From assembly GCF_001194135.2 (NCBI RefSeq), contig NC_068991.1:50003877-50044216 (forward strand): a stretch of DNA of 40,340 nt, written 5' to 3'. The position numbers were made by a program, and so were the translations under genes. The stretch comes from Octopus bimaculoides (taxonomy: Eukaryota). The notes under the pieces were generated by a model. The model was not told the DNA's origin and did no database searches. It saw only the letters and a program-made list of their open reading frames with translations. This document shows, piece by piece, positions 23,621-35,364 of this stretch (positions are counted from its first letter, which is position 1; every line of letters begins with the position of its first letter).

Positions 23621-24019
23621 TGTAAACGTTTGGACTTGGAATGAATTGTCCTTAAATGCATCATCATAATCATTTAACATGGGTTGGGCATACGTCTATT
23701 TATATTGAAATGGTAATTAATGATATTCTAGAATGAATTCCAAAGGGACAACTGTTTGGTAGGGTGTCACAGATGTAATAAAGGGAGTTGAAATAATCAG
23801 ATGAGATTAAGCAATAATAGACAAAAACTCCGTTGTGGTGTTAAAAATCTGAAAAACAAGCAAGGGAGATAAATCTAATAAGCTTAAATAATAAAATGTT
23901 TGGCCAATCTTGGCATTGCAAGTTGAGGTGCATCTGGTCTTTAAAGTTAAATGATAATGGTAACAGACATGTTAGGTTTTTATTAAACTTCTTTCATTAT
24001 ATATATATGTATTCTAGTA

Positions 24020-24375
24020 AGAGTCATCATCATCATGATTTAACGTCTGTTTTCCATGCTGGTGTGGGTTGGATGGCTTGACAGGAACTGGTGAGGCCAG
24101 GGGCTGCACCAGGTTCCATAGTCTATTTTGGCTTGGTTTCTATGGCTGGATGCCCATCCAAATGCCACCCACTTTACATAGTGTACTGGGTGCTTTTTAC
24201 ATGGCACCAGCACCTACACCAATGCTTTTTACGTGGCATCTTAGCTTTAGGATCTCAATTCTGTTATGGTGGTGGTGGTTGGAGGATCTTCTCGAGTACA
24301 CCAGTGTGCCACATATCTTGGTCATCTGCCATCTCCTTTTCTTCTCGGGCCTCCCACTTCCACACTTCTCTCAAT
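24020..24375 (-). mobile_element. 5'-truncated RTE LINE
   Basis: Family 3'UTR. Confidence 0.85.
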
Positions 24376-25044
24376 ATAATTAAACAGAAATAGAGGGAAA
24401 TTAGTGACACTGATTATGACTATTAACAATGTGGTTGAGGGAAAATACCTCAAGAGAATGTTCTGTATATTTAAAAAAGATATAAGTTTCTTGTACTATC
24501 ACTGTATCCTTGGATTTATAAATCCACACAAGTTATATCTATGAACAGAAAAACTTTCTTTGTACTTGACTGCTGCTTACTATATTTTGTTTCACAAACC
24601 TTTACTAACAACGTGGTACTACTGTTGTATAAATTTGAATCCTGAAATACTTGACTAAATAAGCTTTCAATGATCTTATTTCTTTTAAATTATTCACTTC
24701 TTATCTTCTCCTTTAAAGAACCATCTTGTGAGGAGAGCTGCTTAACCATAAAACAGTTATGTACTTGTGCAGTGTATTTATGGTAGTTGATGGCTTGGAT
24801 GTGGTGCTGAAGAAAGAGCAATAACTCTTGAAATATCCATATACACTCACCTATTTTTTCTGTTTTTGATTACATTGTTTACTTAGACATATTCATATAC
24901 AAAACAGAGTAACTTACAGTGCTGGCTCTGAATTCAATAGAAAATCTATAGTTTATAGTTTATTACATAAAACAGGTATATATATCCCTTTTATCTTTGA
25001 GGTTCACATTTAAGTCTTGTTGCTGATGATATGCATGTTTCTTT

Positions 25045-25415
25045 TCATCATTATCATCATTTAACGTCTGTTTTCCATGCTGGCATGGGTTGGATGGCTT
25101 CACAGGAACTGGCAAAACTAAAGGCCACACCAGGTTCCACAGTCTGTTTGGCTTGGTTTCTATAGCTGGATGCCCTTCCTAACACTGACCACTTTACAGA
25201 GTGTACTGGGTGCTTTTTACATGGTACCATCACCCACAGCAATGCTTTTTATGTGGCACCTTCATTTTAGGATGGGTGGGTCTTCTTGAGTACAACAGTA
25301 TGTCACAAGTCTCAGTCCTCTGTCATCTCCTTTGTAAGGTTCAGTCTTTTGAGATTGGCCTTCAATACTGTGTCCTGTTTCTTCCTGTGTCTCCCTCTTC
25401 CACAACTTCTCTTGA
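25045..25415 (-). mobile_element. 5'-truncated RTE LINE
   Basis: Family 3'UTR plus RT end. Confidence 0.85.
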
Positions 25416-25669
25416 ATTAGTTAAAAGATATCTTGTATTTTATTATGATGGTTCAGTCAATTACTGAATCAAAAAGAACAAGACAGCCTGGCAGGACAAT
25501 TTTAACATTCCAATGAACTCTCCTGAATGTGTTACAGAAGCTTAAGTTTTGGATTGAGTGGCTCAAGTATTTTCTAACAACTATAATCTCATCATCATCG
25601 AATCTCAACCTAGAGTAATTGTCTTTCTATATATTGGACCTAATGCAGTAGACATTATACAACATTACA

Positions 25670-25830
25670 CAAACCTTGATATCATCGTCATCAAACATGA
25701 ATTGGACAGTTTGACTGGATTTTGCAAGTCACAGGGTTGCATCAAGCTCCACTGTCAGCTTTGGCTTGATTTCTCTGGCTGGATGCCTTTCCTAATGCCA
25801 ACCACTTTATAGTGTGTACAGGGTGCTTGA
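25670..25830 (-). mobile_element. RTE 3' tail fragment
   Basis: Family signature ggatgcctttcctaatgccaaccact. Confidence 0.75.
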
Positions 25831-26239
25831 AGAAACTTTTTAATCTAGTTAATGAAATGAAAAGCCTGATGAAAGCATAAATGTAGAAATATATATCTTA
25901 GTCCAGATATTGTCGAGTAGTGTAAACACCATACATAGCTTTCAAAGTATTTGACAGTCTGTATAAATTTACATGAGTTCCTCCTACAAATGGTGTGTCA
26001 TGATTTTTTTTTTAGTTTGTTTGAGCAAAACGAGATGGCAATGAACAGGTAGCAACAATATCTTAAATGTGTGGGAAAAAATCAAGACCTGTGTTTTTGA
26101 AAGGTCATTATATTAATAACAATAAATACATGCACTTTGTGTGTGTTTAGTATTACTGGCGTTATGACCCTACATAACACAGGAATTCATATCAAGAATC
26201 TTACAAATTAAATACAAAAATGAAAAAAAAAACATGAGT

Positions 26240-27060
26240 TATGTCCCTTGCATCTTCCAGTTTCACACCGTCCGTGACAATTTATGGCCTCTTACATTCG
26301 TTAAAAGATACTAAGGACATTTTAAAGAAATACATCACATGTCTCGAAAGGTATCATCTATGGAGATCGGGGCCTCCTATCTTTAATATTACTAACAATG
26401 TCTTTCCAAAAATGCTTAATAAAATTTAGGTGAGAACATTATAGGAAGTTCTGTGTGCCAACTAAAATGTTCAGTGTCTTATAATTCTGAGATTCCAACA
26501 AGCTAACTCCGCATGTAATTGTGATCAGAATTTATGAAAGCCATTGGATAAAGTATATAATACTTCTTGTCTTCGTCACATTAGCTGAGAATATCTATCA
26601 TAGTTGGTCCAGCAAAAGGCAACTCTTTAGATTTGCAAAAGTTGTACGATCTCTGTTGATATGGGAAAATAAATGTAGAAATGCACATACAACTTCATTC
26701 TTTATTTCATCATCGAATAATTTCTTCTGTTGATGGAAGTATATCTTCCACGTTCAATATTCTTTTCATGTACGTCGTACACATAACTTGAATTACTTAT
26801 CTCCCTTTGTACAGATTCAACTTTTGACGGAGTTGATTGTCTCATATTTGAGGCAGAACCTTTATCTTTCCAATGTACAAAATTAACCAATGAATATGTC
26901 GGTTTGTTCTAATATCGTAGTTTACCAATAGTTTTCATTAGTGTGTCTTCACGTTTATATCCAGATTCTGAGAAATAAGAAGAGTCAATGATTATCTTAT
27001 CTCTTTATCGTATTTACCCAAAAGTTCAACAACAGTTTTAAACAAACTTCTTCATCAATA
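26240..27060 (-). mobile_element. Highly decayed Helitron PIF1-helicase remnant
   Basis: Ordered weak motifs IDSSYF, WLILYIG, YPMAFINS, KTLNILVG, FGKTLLV versus INSSYL, EWILKIG, YPxEFLNS, HTLNLKVG, NGTRLIV. Confidence 0.45.
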
Positions 27061-27072
27061 TTAAGTAATTTT

Positions 27073-27235
27073 TAAGGTGGTGAGCTGGCAGAATTGTTTC
27101 CATGATGGGCGAAATACTTAGCCTCATTTGATCCATCTTTACTTTCTGAGGTACCAGTTGAATGCAGGGAATGATGTAATCGACTCACCCCTTCCCCCGA
27201 AATTGTTGACCTTGTGCCAAAATTTAAAACCAATA
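27073..27235 (+). mobile_element. SINE family B (older subtype, internally deleted)
   Basis: Head and tail present. Confidence 0.75.
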
Positions 27236-27332
27236 TTATGTGACTGTTTGTCACATTCTGTACTTTTTTTCATTGTTCTAATAAAGCTCAATCAATTTCT
27301 TTTATATATATATATATATATATATATTTTAG

Positions 27333-27551
27333 AAGAAGAAGAAAGAGACATTTAAACTTTCATCTTCTCCTCCTAAATCTATCACTCGAAACTGGATTGG
27401 CCCACCTGATGGAAACTCCAACTTACGCCCTACCCACTTTTATATCCCTCCCAATGAATCAAATGTGGAGAAAGATTTGAGGCTGAAGAAAGTTGATTTA
27501 CAAACCTTTAATCATGACTTCTGGACAAGGCAAAATATCACATTTTTTAAG
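27333..27551 (+). CDS. COA8: COA8/APOPT1 coding exon 2 (KKKETFKLSSSPPKSITRNWIGPPDGNSNLRPTHFYIPPNESNVEKDLRLKKVDLQTFNHDFWTRQNITFFK)
   Basis: ttttag acceptor, 219 nt open, AAG|GTAAAG donor. The WIGPPDxxSNLRPxHFYIPxNES...FWxxQNxTF motif matches the COA8 family signature I recall from human ([23 protein letters not shown]...FWANQNLTF). Confidence 0.95.
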
Positions 27552-27786
27552 GTAAAGTATTGCATTTTATATTTAAATGTGGAATAAATGGAGTCATACT
27601 TAAGTTTGACTATTACTAGTACAAATGTTATTTTTCTTCGTTTTCTCTTCTTGTGTGGATGTAACCGTTTGCAACAACAAGCAATGGTTGTCCAATGATC
27701 TAATATATCTTATCTAAGTTGCCTAACACAGTTATTTTCCATTTATAGATTTTAGAATAGTTTTGTCTTGTTATCTGTCTTCCCTT

Positions 27787-28169
27787 AGTGGAGGCGCAAT
27801 GGCCCAGTGGTTAGGGCAGCAGACTCGTGGTCATAGGATCGCGGTTTCGATTCCCAGACCGGGCGTTGTGAGTGTTTATTGAGCGAAAACACCTAAAAGC
27901 TCCACAAGGCTCCGGCAGGGGATGGTGGCGAACCCTGCTGTACTCTTTCACCACAACTTTCTCTTACTTCCTGTTTCTGTTGTTCCTGTAATTCAAAGGG
28001 TCAGCCTTGTCGCACTGTGTCATGCTGAATATTCCCGAGAACTACGTTAAGGGTATACATGTCTGTGGAGTGCTCAGCCACTTGCACATTAGTTTCATGA
28101 GCAGGCTGTTCCGTTGATCGGATCAACTGGAACCCTCGATGTTGTAAGCGACGGAGTGCCAACAACAGC
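27787..28169 (+). mobile_element. SINE family C, full length
   Basis: TSD atctgtctt(c/a)cctt at 27773-27786 and 28170-28183. Confidence 0.95.
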
Positions 28170-28270
28170 ATCTGTCTTACCTTCAATGTTGACAAGTATC
28201 TCACCCCACCTTCTCCAGCTAACATATAAATTACATTACACACAAACAACATTGCATACAAATATATTGT

Positions 28271-28589
28271 GAAGGCACATGCCTTAGCGGTTGGGGTAAA
28301 TTGGCTCACGGTTGTAAGGTTTTGAGTTTGATTCCTGGTGGTGTGTTGTGTCCTTGAGCAAGACACTTTATTTCATGTTGCTCTGGTTCACTCAGCTGGC
28401 AGAAATGAGTTGTACCTGTATTTCAAAGGGTCAGCTTTCAAATTCTGTGTTACACTGAATTTCTCTGAGAACTATGTTAAGGGTATGCATGTCTGTGGAG
28501 TGCTCAGCCAGTTGCATGTTAATCTCATGAGCAGGTTGTTCCATTGATTGGATCAACTTGAACCTTTGTTGTAACTGACAAAGTGCCAG
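28271..28589 (+). mobile_element. SINE family D (different head, 3' half shared with family C), older
   Basis: Head ...cttagcggttggg...tgtccttgagcaagacacttt. 3' half gagaactacgttaagggt... shared with family C. Confidence 0.85.
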
Positions 28590-28794
28590 TTATCAAATCA
28601 AGCAAGTTACTTGAGTCAGTGACAAGTCTGCTATTCAGTTACTCAACCTACTAGAAATAGCAGCCACATCTTCCTCAAGTTAGCTTTATCATCTTAAGTT
28701 GATAATGTAATTCCAGTGTCTGAAATAAAAACGAAAGTGATGGTATTATCGTATTTGGGATGATTTAACGAAGGTAGATATATATTTCTGTTTG

Positions 28795-28995
28795 ACTCCA
28801 CCACTGCTTAACAACTGGTATTGGTTTGTTTATGTCTCCATAACCTAGCAGTTCAGCAAATAGAGACTAGTAGAATAAGTACCAGGTTTAAAAAAATATA
28901 AGTACTGGGATCGATTTGTTTAACTACACTGTCAAGGTTATGCCCTAGCATGGCCACTGTCCAATGGCTGAAACAAGTCAAAGATATAAGAAAAG
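28795..28995 (+). mobile_element. Family A-type SINE 3' tail, diverged
   Basis: tagaataagtaccagg...ccagcatggcc...ggctgaaacaag. Confidence 0.7.
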
Positions 28996-29349
28996 ATATA
29001 AGATATCTGATAAGATTCACTCTTTTAAAAAACTTTAATGTTTAAGAGTGAATTATTTGTTTTTGGTAAGTGAGTGATATAATTCTTTAGGGAAATTGCT
29101 AGAGTTTTATAGTTAATGTCTCCAAAAACTTGGTATTTATTGTTATCTATTGTCTGTAGCTAAGTGGAATAAGAATTAAAAGATCCAACTTTGAGACTCA
29201 ATAAAACATTTGCTGCAGACACAACACAGTATCCACTGATTCACTTTATCTCTACAAAGATTCACCCTTTCTTTGTTGCTTCCTTTCACTTTTTTTCTTG
29301 TGAAATATTGATACAAAAACTTAGCCAATTTATATAAAATTTCTTTCAG

Positions 29350-29501
29350 AGAAAAGCTCAGTTTATTCACATGGAATTAGAAAGGAAAAAGCAAATAGAT
29401 TCTGACAACAAAAATAAGAAAAGTTTGTCTCCTGAAGAAATGGCTGTGTTTTATAAACAGTTCCTGGAAGAAAATTATCAGAATAATTTGAAATATCACA
29501 G
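29350..29501 (+). CDS. COA8: COA8/APOPT1 coding exon 3 (RKAQFIHMELERKKQIDSDNKNKKSLSPEEMAVFYKQFLEENYQNNLKYH-R)
   Basis: ttctttcag acceptor, 152 nt, AG|GTTCGT phase-2 donor. LSPEEMAVFYKQFL matches the family motif LNAEEMADFYKEFL. Confidence 0.93.
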
Positions 29502-29619
29502 GTTCGTTTAATATTTTATTTCCGCTTAGATTATTATTGAGTGTTATATAATATCTTTGTTACTTCAAATATGGATTAAAAGCATCTTGAGGAATATAAA
29601 CAGTATCAAACACACATAT

Positions 29620-30580
29620 ATAAGGTATGTGTTTTGGCATGGTTTCTACAGTTGGATGCTCTTCCTAATGCCAACCACTTCACAGGGTGTACTGGGTGCT
29701 TTTAACATGGCACCGGCTTAAGTGCTTTTATGTGGCACCTGCACAAGTGTGTGTGAGCGTATATATGTGTGTGTGTACATCATCATCATCGTTTAACGTC
29801 CGCTTTCCATGCTGGCATGGGTTGGACAGTTTGACTGAGGACTGGTGAGCCAGAGGCTGCACCAGGCTCCAATCTGATTTGGCAAGGTTTCTACAGCTGG
29901 ATGCCCTTCCTAATGCCAACCACTCTGAGAGTGTAGTGGGTGCTTTTTCGTGACACCAGCACAAGGGCTAGTCAGGCAGTTCTGGCAACGACCACACTTG
30001 AAAGGTGTTTTTTACATGCTACCTGCATGGGAGCCAGTCCGGCAGCACTGGCAACAACCACGCTCGGATGTTGTTTTTCACATGCCACCGGCACATGTGC
30101 TGGTAGAGCAACTCTGGCAACTATCACGCTCAAATGGTGCTTTTCACGTGCCATGCATATATATATATATTTGTGTATGTGTGTGTGTGTTTGTGTTTAT
30201 ATATGTGTGTATCATCATCATCATCATTTAACCTCTGTTGTCCATGCTGGCATGGGTTGGACAGTTCAACCAGAGCTGGCAAGCTGGGGAGCTACACCAG
30301 GTTCCAATCTGATGTGGCATGGTTTCTACAGTGGGATGCCTTTCCCAATGCCAACTATTTTACAGAGTGTGCTGGGTGCTTTTACATGGCACTGCATGGG
30401 TGCTTTTATGTGGTACTACATGGGTACTTTTATGTAGCACTGCACAAGTGCTTTTATGTAGCACTGCACAAGTGCTTTTATGTGCACTTTTACATGGCAT
30501 CACACAGGCACTTTTATGTTGCACTGCATGGGCACTTTTATGTGACACTGCCACAAGTGCTTTTCCCCACAAGAGGGATC
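29620..30580 (-). mobile_element. Three tandem RTE 3'-end copies with internal 66-bp and 24-bp minisatellites, in COA8 intron 3
   Basis: Family signatures at about 29640, 29780 and 30212. Arrays at 29945-30150 and 30375-30560. Confidence 0.85.
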
Positions 30581-30679
30581 AGTCTTCATATTTCTGCTAC
30601 AGAGTATATTTGTATTAATCATCCATGCGTACATTCATTCATTTTTTCACATGTGTAAAACATTCATGTAGTGAGCATC

Positions 30680-31340
30680 ATTTCCTGCCCAATCTTAATT
30701 CTATGATCTCCAGGGAACTCATTAAGCTTACAGTCTATAAAATTTCTTTTAATTATAATTTATAAAGCTTTATGGCAACTGGAAAAATCATTTAAATGTT
30801 CTGAATTGGGTGTTAATTCATATTGCCATTGTCATCAGTTGTCCATCACAGGTCAGCATTGACTGTTCTGTTCAGAAATCATCTCCATTAGGCTCACATG
30901 TAGGCCACAAAGTCTGCTTTTGATTTGACTCCTGAGAAAATCACCTTTGGACAGTGAGTGAATAAAGCAGTTGATGTTGTTCTCCCAATGGACTGCCTCT
31001 CTGGTCTCCACACCGGGTACCAAGCATGGTTGACAATGAGGCTGTCCCACACTAGCAGTTCCCTTGCTAGTTGATGCCTAACCTTTGTTTAATGTTATAG
31101 ATATTCCACTTGGTCACAATAACCTTCAAGCCATTGGTCCAGGACTCCTCTACTTTGTTGGTTATCCAACAACCTGCTACTGACAGCTTCTCTGTATCCC
31201 TGGCATGGGAGTGCTAAGGAGCTGCTAGCACTTGTCAAAAGTGCCATCCCAGTCTATGGACAGAAGGGGTGACTTACTCTCATTTATACAACCTGCCACT
31301 GATGTGGGTGCTGTACCATACTGTACTTCATATATTGCTT
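30680..31340 (-). mobile_element. Probable RTE endonuclease-region fossil
   Basis: VWRPERQS and ENNINCFIHSLS resemble RPERRTALI...RYNIDIAALSE. Frameshifted. Confidence 0.35.
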
Positions 31341-31570
31341 AAATGATATTAAACTATTCATTGTTTAGTACATTGATTTATCACTTCTAGTCTTATTAAC
31401 TCGTAGAACAGTGTGTGGCCCTAACTTTGTGGATAATGTTGAAAGTTAGACAAAGGGGTTTAAAGATAAGAAGTGGGATTTAGGTTGAAAAAATGTTGAT
31501 ATTCTTTTATATAGAAATAAAATTAATTCCTGTTTAAATAATTTTATTGGTATACATTTCTCCTTTTCAG

Positions 31571-31652
31571 AGAATGGTATAAAAAGAACATCTTTCTACT
31601 TTGGCCAGCCCTGAAGGTTGCTGTTCATAATCTCTTTAAAAAAGCAAAATAA
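31571..31652 (+). CDS. COA8: COA8/APOPT1 terminal coding exon (R-EWYKKNIFLLWPALKVAVHNLFKKAK*)
   Basis: tccttttcag acceptor, phase 2 completes an Arg codon. REWYKKN matches RDWYKRN. TAA at 31650-31652. Total CDS 543 nt = 180 aa + stop. Confidence 0.93.
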
Positions 31653-31745
31653 TTGAAAAACTGCCAGACTTTGTTTTTCAGCAAAGATTATTTTATTTGA
31701 TTTCTTGTATTAAGAATCAAACAAGTTTTATTTATAAATATGTTT

Positions 31746-31751
31746 AATAAA
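31746..31751 (+). terminator. Candidate polyadenylation signal of COA8
   Basis: First AATAAA about 95 nt after the stop codon, followed by U-rich sequence. Confidence 0.5.
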
Positions 31752-32070
31752 GATGTTATATTTGTTATAATTACTTTCATAGAATTTTCAATTCCAAGGA
31801 GTATGTAGTGGCAAAGAGCAGTGACCATTTGAGCAGCTGAGCTAAATCTGGACATACAAATATGTGTCATCATTATCTTCATTTTAATGTCCACTTTTCC
31901 ATATTTGTATGGGTTGGACTAAATTCGCTGAAACATATTTTTATGGATGGATGCTCTACCTGTTGCCAACCCTCATATGTACTTGTATTTGTAGTGTAGT
32001 GCATGTAATAGTGTATGGATAGTTGTGTGTGTACATGTACGTGTAATTGTGCATGTGTTGTTGTGTACAT

Positions 32071-32455
32071 GTGGAGGCGCAATGGCCCAGTGGTTAGGGC
32101 AGCGGACTCGTGGTCATAGGATCGCGGTTTCGATTCCCAGACCAGGCGTTGTGAGTGTTTATTGAGCGAAAACACCTAAAAGCTCCACGAGGCTCCGGCA
32201 GGGGATGGTGGCGAACCCTGCTGTACTCTTTCACCACAACTTTCTCTCACTCTTACTTCCTGTTTCTGTTGTGCCTGTAATTCAAAGGGTCAGCCTTGTC
32301 ACACTGTGTCAAGCTGAATATCCCCGAGAACTACGTTAAGGGTACACGTGTCTGTGGAGTGCTCAGCCACTTGCACGTTAATTTCACGAGCAGGCTGTTC
32401 CATTGATCGGATCAACTGGACTTCGTAAGCAACGGAGTGCCAACAAAAAACAATA
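32071..32455 (+). mobile_element. SINE family C, full length
   Basis: TSD tgttgtg(t/c)acat at 32059-32070 and 32456-32467. Confidence 0.95.
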
Positions 32456-32552
32456 TGTTGTGCACATAGTGGTGTGCATGTGTGTGTTGTAGTGTATACA
32501 TAGTGACCGAAAAGTCTTTTGTATATTTGAAAAACCAGTAAGTCACATAACA

Positions 32553-32862
32553 AAGGTGTATGGCTTAGTGGTTAGGCTATTTGGTTTATCGTCATAAGTT
32601 TGATTCCTGGTGGTGTGTTGTGTCCTTGAGCAAGACACTTTATTTCATGGTGCTCCAGTCCTCTCAACTGGTAAAAATGAGCTGTACCTGTAATTCAAAG
32701 GGCCAACCTTGTCACATTCTGTGTCATGCTGAATCTCCTTGAGAAGTACATTAAAGGTATGTGTGTCTGTGGAGTGCTCAGTCACTTACATGTTAATTTC
32801 ATGAGCAGGCTGTCCCATTGATTGGATCAATTGGAACACTTGTCATAACTAATGGAATGCCA
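32553..32862 (+). mobile_element. SINE family D, older
   Basis: Matches 28271-28589. Confidence 0.85.
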
Positions 32863-32971
32863 TCTGTTCACATCTTTATACTTGCGTGCCAACTTCCTCA
32901 CTCTCCAACTTCTCTCCCTCCATTACTCACCTCATTATTCTCTGTCTTCATTTATGTCTGTTAAAAACAGT

Positions 32972-33180
32972 AGAGCTTCACTAAAATAAAACATGGTGTT
33001 TAGCTGTTCAGGTATCTCCACCATTTATCTTAGGCATTGTTTACCTGAATCAGTATCCACAATCATTTCTCTCAGTAACACTATTGTGTCTGTCTTCTGT
33101 GCCAGCTTGGTGTTAAGATGGTTACTGAGTCTATCCACTGGATACATCACTGTTTGGTCTGAGTAACATAGTGAAGCTCT
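32972..33180. repeat. 209-bp segment bounded by a perfect 12-bp inverted repeat (possible MITE)
   Basis: agagcttcacta at 32972-32983 and tagtgaagctct at 33169-33180. Confidence 0.5.
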
Positions 33181-34451
33181 TTCAGTTGTATTAGATTCAA
33201 AGGGAAGAAATAATGTGATTGAATAGAAATAACAAAGTATTTGATTAAATTAATAAAAATAATAGAGAGTGAGGGATTGAGAGCTTAAGACTGAAGAAGT
33301 GATGTCCTGGCTTTTCAAATTTACAATTGGTAACTCCGAGTCAAAGAAATCCCCTCAGTCACAGAGAAACTGTTTGACTTGATAAAAGATTCCATAAAAA
33401 AGACAAACATTATTATAAAAAGTCAATACTCAATGCAAAATGGAGCATAATGCTGGAAAACAATAAGATGATCAAGAAGAAACGAGTGAAGTTTGAGGTG
33501 AAAAGAATTACAGAAAACAAAATGAAACAAAAAGAAAATGGAGCAAGGCTTGAAGCAGGAAGAAGACACAAATAATCCTTTAAATTTTGATGAGTATTAC
33601 ACACACATAGTTTATAAATTAGATTCCTTTTCATAATTCTACATTAGAATTGAAGACGCAAGTCTATTGACCGTTTTGTTATTATTCACAGGAGGAACTT
33701 GCAAGACAGTAATAATGGAGATATTATGGTCTTGATACATTCTTCTTGTCAGAAGTCCAATGTTTTCTTGTTTTCCAGTACTTCAGTTTATTTTGTTCAT
33801 GCCTACTTCTGCTCCATCTTGTCAACTATAATCAAAAAGATTTACTCACATAGACATTCGACCAAACAATAAAGTGCCACTCAAAGACACAGCACATTTC
33901 ACTCACTTAGTGGAGTGTCAAGCTGCATTAAGTTTTTTAATAGCTATAGTCAATTGATTAAAAGAGGTTGGTACACTTATATTATAACACTATCAATAGA
34001 AACGTTTCTTATCTCTCTATCTGTTTTTGTCCCTGTCTTACTCTTACTTTATGTAAAGTGAATAAAACGTATAACAAGCATAATGCAAGCATAAACACAT
34101 AAAGAAAGAGAGAGAGAGAATCCCATTTTACTGAAAAGTTTTCATATGTAAAAAAGTTTTCCTGAATATATCTTATTGAATGTCTTACCCAAAAAGTTTT
34201 TCAGGAAAAGGAAAACCAAATTTTACCAACCAGTTTACACTATCATCAGCTTGCAAAGTTTATAGTATGTTCTTCAATACAATTCTTAGCCCGTACCATG
34301 GAAGAAACAGATTGAGTTAATTTTTTATAGCAATGTCACATGTTATTTCCATGACAAAGGATGTATCTCCTAGTTTGTGTGATTCATGTCACTAATGTTT
34401 TTTTTTTTTTGTTTTTGATAAAGCCGTCTGTTGGTTAATATTTTCAGAAAG

Positions 34452-34675
34452 TAAGGTGACGAGCTAGCAGAATTGTTAGAACGTTGGGCAGAATGCTTAG
34501 CAGAATTTCATCCGTTTTTACATTCAGAATTCAAATTCTGCCGAGGTTGATTTTACCTTTCATCCCTTCAGGCTCGATAAAATATGTACAATTTGAGCGC
34601 TGGGGCTAACATAATTAATTGACTTACCCACCCCCCAGAAATTGCTGGCCTTGTGCCAAAATTTGAAACCAATAT
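34452..34675 (+). mobile_element. SINE family B (older subtype)
   Basis: Head, core and ...gccttgtgccaaaatttgaaacca tail. Confidence 0.85.
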
Positions 34676-34819
34676 TTTCTGAAAGTAACATTCTTACTTA
34701 TACAGAATAAAATGGTTCTTTTAAGAGGGAAAAGGATATTTAATTAAGATATCGGATAAAAATATGAAGTAAAAGACCTCTATTTTTTTTCTTTTTTAAA
34801 AAAGCTTACTTGTCTTCTC

Positions 34820-34855
<36 letters not shown>

Positions 34856-35364
34856 NNNNNNNNNNNNNNNNNNNNNNNNNNNNNNNNNNNNNNNNNNNNN
34901 NNNNNNNNNNNNNNNNNNNNNNNNNNNNNNNNNNNNNNNNNNNNNNNNNNNNNNNNNNNNNNNNNNNNNNNNNNNNNNNNNNNNNNNNNNNNNNNNNNNN
35001 NNNNNNNNNNNNNNNNNNNNNNNNNNNNNNNNNNNNNNNNNNNNNNNNNNNNNNNNNNNNNNNNNNNNNNNNNNNNNNNNNNNNNNNNNNNNNNNNNNNN
35101 NNNNNNNNNNNNNNNNNNNNNNNNNNNNNNNNNNNNNNNNNNNNNNNNNNNNNNNNNNNNNNNNNNNNNNNNNNNNNNNNNNNNNNNNNNNNNNNNNNNN
35201 NNNNNNNNNNNNNNNNNNNNNNNNNNNNNNNNNNNNNNNNNNNNNNNNNNNNNNNNNNNNNNNNNNNNNNNNNNNNNNNNNNNNNNNNNNNNNNNNNNNN
35301 NNNNNNNNNNNNNNNNNNNNNNNNNNNNNNNNNNNNNNNNNNNNNNNNNNNNNNNNNNNNNNNN
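34856..35364. other. Assembly gap preceded by a 34-nt poly(T) run
   Basis: N run; T run at 34822-34855. Confidence 1.

Noticed and set aside
24918-24927. 10-nt antisense microexon-like unit (ttcag|AGCCAGCACT|gtaagt) in COA8 intron 1
   Set aside because: Isolated, frame-shifting length, no partner exons; compatible with chance.
26240-26300. IVTDG read as a hAT catalytic motif
   Set aside because: Surrounding motifs fit PIF1 helicase order better; neither reading is strong.
33807-34821. Minus-strand mini-exon join giving KTEKTIDKMEQ
   Set aside because: Depends on a poly(A) run at a gap edge and a 19-nt exon; no homology recognised.
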